A DNA stretch of 27,528 nucleotides from Armatimonadota bacterium (GTDB lineage Bacteria > Armatimonadota > Zipacnadia > Zipacnadales > UBA5352): assembly GCA_034722055.1 (NCBI GenBank), contig JAYENL010000220.1, forward strand, positions 1 to 27,528, in the 5' to 3' direction. The notes under the pieces were generated by a model. It worked only from the letters and a program-made list of their open reading frames with translations, made no database searches and had not been told where the DNA came from. Made by a program: the position numbers and the translations under genes. Positions 17,560 through 24,730 of this stretch are shown here, piece by piece (position 1 is the first letter of the stretch; each line of letters starts with the position of its first letter).

Positions 17560-18558
17560 ATGAGCCGCTGGCTGAGAATTGTGCTGTGCCTGACGGCCGC
17601 AATCGCCGCGGCGTGCACCTGGGCCCAGGAGCTCGGCGAGACCCGGGTGTACGAGTGCAAGCGCGCGGCCGAGCGGCCTGTGATCGACGGAAAGCTGACC
17701 GACGCCTGCTGGCAGGAGGCGGCCAAGACCGACCAGTTCGTGCGCGTGATGAAGGGCCCTCCGGAAATCCAGCAGACCGTGTTCCAGGCGGCCTACGATG
17801 ACGCGAATCTCTACCTCGCAGTCACCTGCATGGAGCCGCAGCCCGCCAACATCAAAGCCGCCGTCACCGCTCGCGACATGACGGCCGTCATGGGCGATGA
17901 CGCCATCGAGATCTTCATCCAGCCCGATCCGCCGGAGGGCGACTACTACCAGCTCTCGGCCAACTCCCTGGGCACCCTGTACGATGGGAAAGCCTTCGAG
18001 TCGGGCTGGAACGCCACGTGGCGGGCGGCCGGCTCGGTGGGCGAGGACGCCTGGTACCTGGAGTGCGCCATGGCCTTTCAGTCCCTGGGCGGCTATGGTG
18101 CGCCCGGAGCGGTGTGGGGCTTCAACGTCTGCCGGGACCGCCAGGCCGGGGGGCAGACGGAGTGGAGCGCGTGGTCGGACACCATGGGCGGCTTCCACAG
18201 CCCCGAGCGCTTCGGCCAACTGGTCTTCGCCGGGGCCGCCACAGGCGTGAACCGTAGTCTCATCATCGAGTCCTCCAACTACGCCCGGAGGAGCATCGAG
18301 CTGGAGGAGACCATCGGCGAGGCGCTGGCCGAGATCGAGGGCGGGCTGGAGCTGCTCCCCGAGGCCGAGCGGGAGCAGGTGGCGCCGACGGTCGAGGGCG
18401 CCCGGGAGGCCCTGGATGCCCTGCACCAGTTCCTGGAGCGGGATCAGCCGCTGGACCTGGAGGGCTGGATGCGTGTAACCGAGCGGCTCGAGGCATCGGC
18501 GGGCGAGGTTGAGCGCGCCATGTGGGTGATCCGCTTCGGCCGCCTGCTGGCCGACTGA
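17560..18558 (+). CDS. Secreted CBM9-like (carbohydrate-binding family 9-like) protein with a C-terminal helical domain, 332 aa
   Basis: RBS AAGGGAG and a signal peptide. Motifs: PVIDGKLTDACW, YDDANLYLAVTC, DDAIEIFI, WGFNVCR, FHSPERFGQLVF. The amphipathic helical tail ends WVIRFGRLLAD. Confidence 0.85.
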   Translation: MSRWLRIVLCLTAAIAAACTWAQELGETRVYECKRAAERPVIDGKLTDACWQEAAKTDQFVRVMKGPPEIQQTVFQAAYDDANLYLAVTCMEPQPANIKAAVTARDMTAVMGDDAIEIFIQPDPPEGDYYQLSANSLGTLYDGKAFESGWNATWRAAGSVGEDAWYLECAMAFQSLGGYGAPGAVWGFNVCRDRQAGGQTEWSAWSDTMGGFHSPERFGQLVFAGAATGVNRSLIIESSNYARRSIELEETIGEALAEIEGGLELLPEAEREQVAPTVEGAREALDALHQFLERDQPLDLEGWMRVTERLEASAGEVERAMWVIRFGRLLAD

Positions 18559-18623
18559 GGGCCGTACCCGCACGCGGGCGGCGACCGTCATCGATCCCTC
18601 CAGGCGTCGGAGGTGGGAGCGCC

Positions 18624-19781
18624 ATGCCAGGCCCCACAGGCGCTGTGCGACCCAGAACGAGATGGGCGTGGCGGGCCCTGACGCTGCTTGCCGCCGTGCT
18701 GGTGGCCTGGCCCGCCTGCGCGGACGAGCCCATCCTCGCCGCCCCCGTGCCCCTCACGCCCGATCCGCCGCAGATCGACGGCGTCCTCGACGACCCCTGC
18801 TGGGAGCGGGCCGTGCCGCTGGCGGAGTTCATGAAGGTGGGCAGCCACGCCCCGGCCTCCCAGCCCACCGTGGTGCGAGTGGTGCGCGACCGGCGGGCTC
18901 TCTACGTGGCCTTCGAGTGCTACGAGCCTCTGATCGACCACCTCGCGAGGGACCACACGGGGCACGACGCCGAGGTGTGGTTCGACGACTCCGTGGAGCT
19001 GTTCATCGATCCCACGCACAGCCACCAGCGCTACTACCAGTTCGCGGTCAACTGCGTTGGCGCGCGGTTCGACCGGCACATGGAGGATATCGACTGGACC
19101 GCCCCGTGGCGGGCCGCGACGCACATCGGCGAGGATCGCTGGAGCGTCGAGGTGGCCGTCCCGTTCGCGACGCTTGGCGTCCGTCCCCCGCAACCGGGTG
19201 ACGTCTTCGCCGCCAACTTCTGCCGCAACCGCAAGGCCTCTTCGCCCGAGAGCGCGATGCACGGGGAGTGGAGCAACTGGGCGCCCACGCAGTCCCAGTA
19301 TCACGAGCCGGAGCGCTTCGGGCACCTCATCTTCACCGACGCTGACGTGGCGGAGGTGCCCGCCTCGGCGCTCCGGGAGCTGGCCGAGAGCCCTCTGTGT
19401 GCCCGCGGCCTTCCCATGAGCCGCCCGGTGCGGCTGATCCTGCCTCGGGGAGTAATGGAGTATCAGCCCTATGTGGCGATGGCGCGGGCGTCGCTGGCCG
19501 AGGCGGAGTCCGCGCCGCGGCGGACGCTGGACGAGGTGGAGAAGCTGCTGGCCAGGCCCTGCCCGCTGGATCCGGAGCTGCGCGATGCGCTGCTGGCCAG
19601 GTTCAATGAGCTGGCGGACCAGGCGATACTGCTTCTCCGGGACGTCATGTCCGAGGGCGTGGATGCCGCGCAGCTTCAGGAGCTGAAGGCCACGCTCGCC
19701 GACCTGCAGTCACAGGCCGAGGAGCTGCTGTGGGAGGTCCGGTTTGAGCTGCTGTTCGCCGAGGTCACATCCGGCAGGTGA
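18624..19781 (+). CDS. Secreted CBM9-like protein with a C-terminal helical domain, ~385 aa
   Basis: Start moved to ATG 18624 (GGAGGTGGGAG upstream), which removes the overlap with the previous gene; signal peptide ends AWPACA. Motifs: PQIDGVLDDPCW, ALYVAFEC, DDSVELFIDP, NFCRNR, YHEPERFGHLIF. The tail ends WEVRFELLFAEVTSGR. Confidence 0.85.
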   Translation: MPGPTGAVRPRTRWAWRALTLLAAVLVAWPACADEPILAAPVPLTPDPPQIDGVLDDPCWERAVPLAEFMKVGSHAPASQPTVVRVVRDRRALYVAFECYEPLIDHLARDHTGHDAEVWFDDSVELFIDPTHSHQRYYQFAVNCVGARFDRHMEDIDWTAPWRAATHIGEDRWSVEVAVPFATLGVRPPQPGDVFAANFCRNRKASSPESAMHGEWSNWAPTQSQYHEPERFGHLIFTDADVAEVPASALRELAESPLCARGLPMSRPVRLILPRGVMEYQPYVAMARASLAEAESAPRRTLDEVEKLLARPCPLDPELRDALLARFNELADQAILLLRDVMSEGVDAAQLQELKATLADLQSQAEELLWEVRFELLFAEVTSGR

Positions 19782-19786
19782 TGGTG

Positions 19787-22700
19787 ATGGAGACGCGATT
19801 GGTGCTGATGGCGGTGGCGCTGATGATGGCGACGGGAGCCCTGGCGCGGCCCACAGAGTACGAGCCGCAGTTCCACGAGATCACTATGGACGTGGTCACC
19901 CCGCACGTGCAGTGGGGGAGACCCTACTACCGCGGCTCGGTCCGGGGGCTGATGATCGCGCCCAGGCCCTGCCACCGGGACACCGTGGAGCTGGCGCAGC
20001 GCCTGGACCTGGAGTTCGACCAGGTGGGGACCTACCTGCGCGATCAGCTCGGCGGCGGGGAGGACCGCGTCACGAGGATCGTGGGCTTCTCCCCCGAGGA
20101 CGTGAAGGCCCGCATGCTGGAGAAGCTCAGCGCGCGGCACGATGTCATCGTGGTGGGCAACCTGCACTGGGAGATCCTCCCCCAGGAGGTGGAGTACGAG
20201 ATCCTGCGGCAGGTGCGCAGCGGCGTGGGGCTGGTGCTCACCTACCACGAGAACGGGCGCAACCAGCACCTGGAGCGGGCGCTGGAGGTGGCCACGGAGG
20301 CCGACGACGGCGGCTTCATCACCCACGCGCTGCCGCTTACCGCACTGCCGGCGTGGGAGGGCTTCGGCTCGCACCAGGAGGCGGCCGACGCGCTCGTCGA
20401 TACGCGCGAGTTCGGCGAGGGCCGGATGGTGCTGCTGAACCTGGCGGGGGGCAGCAGTCAGACCTACCTCACCCCACCCACCGGCAGCGAGCACGCGTGG
20501 AAGTGGCGGCACCCCTGGCCGCTGGAGTACTACCTCATGCTCACCGGCCGGGCGGTGCTGTGGGCCGCCGGGATGGAGCCGGACGCGAGGATCGCGCAGC
20601 TTGGCCTGACGGGAGGCGACGAGGTCCTGGAGCTGCCCGCGGAGGCGGGTGCGGAGCTGGCGGTGCGGGTGACCGCCCAACGGCCGCACGAGGCGCTTGA
20701 GGCGGAGCTGACAGTGCGCGGCGGTGACGGCGAGGCGGTGGGCTCCGAGACGCAGCAGCTTGAGCTGACCGATGGCGAGGCCGAGGCGCGGTTTGCGCTG
20801 CCGGAGGGCCTGGCGGTGGGGCGGCACTTCGCGGAGGTCATCATCCGGGAGCAGGGCGGATGCGTCACCTGGGGCGCTGCCAGCTTTGTGGTGCGGCGCC
20901 CGAGGGAGCTGGCGGAGGTCTCGCGAGCGGTGGACTTCGCCGAGCCCGGCGGCGAGGCGGCGTTCCGGGCGGTGCTGGACGGTCCGGCACCGGCCGGGAG
21001 CGAGATTCGCTGGCGGATCACCGACAGCGCCGATCGCCTGCTGCACGTGGAGAGCACGCCCATCCCGGAGGGCGAGGAGGCCGCGAACCTGCGGCTGAGG
21101 GTGGAACACCCGCTGAGCAACGTGCTCATCGCGGAGGCGGAGCTGCGTGTGAACGGGGAGCGATGGGCGCGGCAGTTCGGCTGGCTGCCGGTGGACCTGA
21201 AGATACCGCCGGACGAGTTCAGCTTCCTGGTATGGGGCAATCCCAGCACGGAGTACGTCTGGCGCTACGTCCGCGACATCCTGCGGGAGCATGGCGTGGA
21301 CACAATGAACCACGGCCGGCCCAGGGAGACCGCGGCGGACGGCATGCGCACGCTGCCGGCGCAGCGGGTCGGCCTCCACCCCAACGAGGCCGAGGAGGTG
21401 GAGCTGGTCCGCAAGCCCTGCCTCAGCGGTCCGGAGCACCGCGCCAGGTGCAGGGAGCGGCTGCAGAAGACGGCGGAGGCGGCCCGGGGCTTTGGGGTGC
21501 CCGGCTACACGCTCGGCGACGACAACCGCCTGGGCAGCACCGACATCTGCTTCTCCGAGCACTGCCTGGCCGATCTCCGCGACTATCTGCGCCAGCAGTA
21601 TGACTCCCTGCAGGCGCTGAACGCGCAGTGGGGCACGCAGTTCGGCGAGTGGGGCGAGGCGACCCCTATCACGCTGCAGGACGCGCGGGAGAGCGATCAG
21701 CCCAGCAGGTGGATCGACCACCGCATGCACATGGAGAGCGTCTACGCCGACTTCCACGCCTTCGCGCGGGACGCCGTCCGCGAGATCGACCCGGAGGCGC
21801 GCGTGGGCTCGGACGCGGCCATCGGCCACGGCAGCTTCGGCGGCTACGATTGGTGGAAGTACTCCCGGGCAGTGGACGTCTGGAACGTCTACGTGCACCT
21901 GGAGCGGGTGGAGTGCCTGCGGGCCTTCAAGCGGCCGGAGACCTACTGCGGGCTGTGGTACGGGGGGTACAATCACATCTGGCGCTTCGAGGAGGGCTGC
22001 CGGTGGGTGCCGTGGTACTCCCTGCTGCACGAGCTGAACAGCGCGTGGTGGTTCAAGATCTACTCCTCGGCCCGAGAGCGCTGCCAGGAGGATGCCATTG
22101 CCGCGGACCTGACGGTCTTCCCCATCTTCGAGGCCACCGCGGACGCTATCGCCGAGATCCGGGCGGGGATCGACCGGCTGCTGCTCAACGCCGAGCGCGA
22201 CAACTGCGGCGTTGCGGTGGTCTACTCGCAGCCCAGCCTGCACGCGGCCACCTTCGAGGGCGAGGGCGGGCGCCACAGCGGAGCCGTTACCGGTTGTCTG
22301 AACCTCCTGGAGGACCTGGGGCTGCAGTACGATCTGGTCTCTTACGCCCAGCTCGACGGCGGGGAGTGGGGGGCTGAGGACTTCTCGGCTGTAATCCTCC
22401 CTGATGTGACGGCGCTGTCGGAGGCCGGCCGGAGACAGATCGAGGCCTTCGTCAGCGCCGGCGGCGCCCTGATCGCCGACCTGCGACCGGGCGTGCGCGA
22501 CGGCCACGGCAGGCCGGTCGATGACCCGCGCTGGGACCGCCTCTTCGGCGTCCGCCGGCGGGGCCTCGACGGACGAGAGGCCGCCGATCGCGTCAGCATC
22601 GACGGCAGCCTCCGGGGCGAGCGCATCGCCGGCGAGCTTGAGGGCGTCAGTGTGGACGGCGGCGTGATTCGAGATGGCGCACGAGCGCTGGGCAGCGCCG

Positions 22701-23422
22701 GGGACGAGGAGATGCCGATCTGCCTGGTCAGCGAGCACGGGGAGGGGTTCGCCTGCCTGCTGAACTTCGGCCTCGGCGCCTACGGCTCGAAGTCCGAGAG
22801 CGGCGCTGCCATGCGCGGGATCGTGGGCGGGCTACTGCGGGCGGCGGAGATTGCGCCGCTCGCCCGCGTGGAGGTCGCGGAGGGCGAGCTGCTGGAGGGA
22901 GAGGTGGTGACCTTCAGGGACGGCCGGGCGCGCTACGTGGCGGTGCTGAGGGATCACACGCCTGACGCACAGTCCCAGCGCATCACCGTATCGCTGCCGG
23001 AGGGCCACGAGGTCTACAACGTGCGGGAGGGCCAGTACCTGGGGCGCGTCACGGCCGTGGAGGCGGAGCTGGGCGAGGGCGAGGTGCTGCTCCTGGCGCT
23101 GCTGCCCTATCAGCCCGCGCCGCCGGAGATCGCCCTGGAGCCGGCTGGCGCCCGGCCCGGCGAGGCGGTGTCAGCATCCATCGCCGTCGAGACACCCAAC
23201 GGGGTGACGGAGCGCCATGTAGCGCACGTCACGGTGCGCGACCCCTCCGGTGCGGAGCTGGCCTGCCACGCCCGAGATGTGGTCCTGAGCGAGGGTCGGG
23301 GCACGGTGACCGTCCCGCTGGCGCTCAACGCTCCAACCGGGGCCTGGACGCTTCGGGCCCGGGACGTGGCCACGGGGCAGGTCGGCGAGGCGGCCTTGGA
23401 AGTCGCGGCGCCCGAGGAGTAG
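19787..23422 (+). CDS. Large secreted GH42-like multidomain protein, ~1211 aa; paralogue of 13912-17529
   Basis: Start is ATG 19787 (alternatives 19778, 19781, 19784), tightly coupled to the upstream stop, followed by a signal peptide. Motifs: TPHVQWGRPY, LVRKPCLS, CFSEHC..LRQQYDSLQALNAQWGT, IEAFVSAGGALIAD, ALNAPTGAWTLRARDV. Colinear with the first paralogue over its full length. Confidence 0.85.
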   Translation: METRLVLMAVALMMATGALARPTEYEPQFHEITMDVVTPHVQWGRPYYRGSVRGLMIAPRPCHRDTVELAQRLDLEFDQVGTYLRDQLGGGEDRVTRIVGFSPEDVKARMLEKLSARHDVIVVGNLHWEILPQEVEYEILRQVRSGVGLVLTYHENGRNQHLERALEVATEADDGGFITHALPLTALPAWEGFGSHQEAADALVDTREFGEGRMVLLNLAGGSSQTYLTPPTGSEHAWKWRHPWPLEYYLMLTGRAVLWAAGMEPDARIAQLGLTGGDEVLELPAEAGAELAVRVTAQRPHEALEAELTVRGGDGEAVGSETQQLELTDGEAEARFALPEGLAVGRHFAEVIIREQGGCVTWGAASFVVRRPRELAEVSRAVDFAEPGGEAAFRAVLDGPAPAGSEIRWRITDSADRLLHVESTPIPEGEEAANLRLRVEHPLSNVLIAEAELRVNGERWARQFGWLPVDLKIPPDEFSFLVWGNPSTEYVWRYVRDILREHGVDTMNHGRPRETAADGMRTLPAQRVGLHPNEAEEVELVRKPCLSGPEHRARCRERLQKTAEAARGFGVPGYTLGDDNRLGSTDICFSEHCLADLRDYLRQQYDSLQALNAQWGTQFGEWGEATPITLQDARESDQPSRWIDHRMHMESVYADFHAFARDAVREIDPEARVGSDAAIGHGSFGGYDWWKYSRAVDVWNVYVHLERVECLRAFKRPETYCGLWYGGYNHIWRFEEGCRWVPWYSLLHELNSAWWFKIYSSARERCQEDAIAADLTVFPIFEATADAIAEIRAGIDRLLLNAERDNCGVAVVYSQPSLHAATFEGEGGRHSGAVTGCLNLLEDLGLQYDLVSYAQLDGGEWGAEDFSAVILPDVTALSEAGRRQIEAFVSAGGALIADLRPGVRDGHGRPVDDPRWDRLFGVRRRGLDGREAADRVSIDGSLRGERIAGELEGVSVDGGVIRDGARALGSAGDEEMPICLVSEHGEGFACLLNFGLGAYGSKSESGAAMRGIVGGLLRAAEIAPLARVEVAEGELLEGEVVTFRDGRARYVAVLRDHTPDAQSQRITVSLPEGHEVYNVREGQYLGRVTAVEAELGEGEVLLLALLPYQPAPPEIALEPAGARPGEAVSASIAVETPNGVTERHVAHVTVRDPSGAELACHARDVVLSEGRGTVTVPLALNAPTGAWTLRARDVATGQVGEAALEVAAPEE

Positions 23423-23426
23423 ACTC

Positions 23427-23537
23427 GGGTGCGAACTCCAGATGTCGGTGGAACGCGCGGGCGGGGGCGCCCGCGCCCCAGTACTTATGTCGTTGCGGGC
23501 GCGCCCGCCCGCAACCGACAATCTCAGGCCGCACCCA
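23427..23537. mobile_element. Putative MITE/REP-like palindromic insertion (~111 bp)
   Basis: Terminal inverted repeats GGGTGCG (23427-23433) and CGCACCC (23530-23536). Flanking direct repeat TAGACTC (23420-23426 and 23538-23544). Two internal GCGGGCG-N4-CGCCCGC hairpins (23455-23476, 23492-23515). Confidence 0.5.
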
Positions 23538-23570
23538 TAGACTCCGCACACGCGAGCAGGAGGGACGCTG

Positions 23571-24713
23571 ATGCTGAGAGCTGTTGCGGTCACGGCCGTC
23601 ATCGCGCTTGCGGCGTGGGCGGTCGCGGCGGAGGACGCCGTGACCGTCTCGGTCAGCGGGCCGACTGAGGGCCATCTCGGCGCCTACAGGAACCACGAGG
23701 GGCATCCCACGAGGCGCTATGAGGCGTCGCTGAACACCGGCGCCACGCGCTATCGCTTCAACCACTGGGTGGATGTGCATCCCGATCACCGGCCGAAGGT
23801 CCTGCCGCTGGAGGGGATGATCGGGATGACCGCACCCACCGGGGCGAACTGGTACGGCAACGGCTTCCTGAACATCCACCTCGAGGGCGAGCAGGTTGGG
23901 ACCGTGCGGGTGCGGGCAGTGCGTGAGATGGAGAGTGGGGCGCGGGGGTCGGTGGACTTCGAGTGGCGGCGGCCGGAGGGGACCTGGCGAGTGCGCTTCC
24001 TGGCGCTGCCCCAGGGTGTTCGCCTGTTCTGCTCGGTGCGCTACTTCCCCGCTGGGCCCCCGGCCGACTGGCGGCTGCGCCTGGTCTGCTACCCCGGTCG
24101 GCAGACCCGCGACGGCCATCGCATGACGACGACCGCCGCGCGGACGCTGGAGCAGACCAGCACGGTGGAGCTGAGGCGGGCCGGGGAGTGGTGGCTGGCC
24201 ATCTACGACAGCGTCTACGACGCCGACCACGGTCACAGCGACGGCGGCACGGCCATGATCTACGCGCCCGAGGACGTCTCGGCGGCGAAGCTGGAGGTCA
24301 CCGACTACCCGGTGACGGTATGGCTGACCCCGTCCGGCCAACAGGTGCGTCTGATCTTCTGGGGCTCGTTCTTCGGCAGCAGCAACGCGGAGATCGTGGA
24401 GGAGATGCAACGGACTGCCGAGCAGCACCTGGAGGCGCTGCGGGGGACGCGGTTCATCCACCGCGCGGTCTTCGCCGATGACTGGCGGGAGCGGCAGGCG
24501 GAGATCGACCGACTGCTTGAGGCGCTGGGCCATCCCGCCGATCCAGGGCAGAGGGCCCGGGAGGTGCAGCGGGAGATCGCGGAGATCGTCTCGAGGCTGA
24601 GGGAGCGGCCCGGGGAGGCCGGCCCGGACGATGAGCCGCGACTGCTGGACCTTCTCCAACGCCAGGAGGCGGTGCTGTGGGACATGCGCTGGGAGGAGCT
24701 ATTGGGTGGGTGA
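23571..24713 (+). CDS. Secreted hypothetical protein (beta-rich domain plus C-terminal helical domain), 380 aa
   Basis: RBS AGGAGGG and signal peptide MLRAVAVTAVIALAAWAVAA. The body is rich in beta-strands, and the helical tail ends WDMRWEELLGG. Confidence 0.85.
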   Translation: MLRAVAVTAVIALAAWAVAAEDAVTVSVSGPTEGHLGAYRNHEGHPTRRYEASLNTGATRYRFNHWVDVHPDHRPKVLPLEGMIGMTAPTGANWYGNGFLNIHLEGEQVGTVRVRAVREMESGARGSVDFEWRRPEGTWRVRFLALPQGVRLFCSVRYFPAGPPADWRLRLVCYPGRQTRDGHRMTTTAARTLEQTSTVELRRAGEWWLAIYDSVYDADHGHSDGGTAMIYAPEDVSAAKLEVTDYPVTVWLTPSGQQVRLIFWGSFFGSSNAEIVEEMQRTAEQHLEALRGTRFIHRAVFADDWRERQAEIDRLLEALGHPADPGQRAREVQREIAEIVSRLRERPGEAGPDDEPRLLDLLQRQEAVLWDMRWEELLGG

Positions 24714-24730
24714 GCCGACCGTGAGCCGGC

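Noticed and set aside
17560..17630. Lipoprotein signal (AAAC; also ALAC in the 4143 gene)
   Set aside because: The -3 residue is non-canonical and a signal-peptidase-I-type site follows. This cannot be resolved without SignalP.
14752..18591. Very long antisense ORFs (14752-18591, also 4140-6563, 8049-11183, 19676-22738, 11301-13187)
   Set aside because: They are shadow frames of real genes in high-GC DNA. They overlap well-supported CDSs almost completely and have no recognisable domains.
13912..23422. Assigning gene symbols such as bgaB or lacZ to the GH42-like genes
   Set aside because: The similarity is only at motif level, the architecture differs, and the canonical catalytic residues are not evident.
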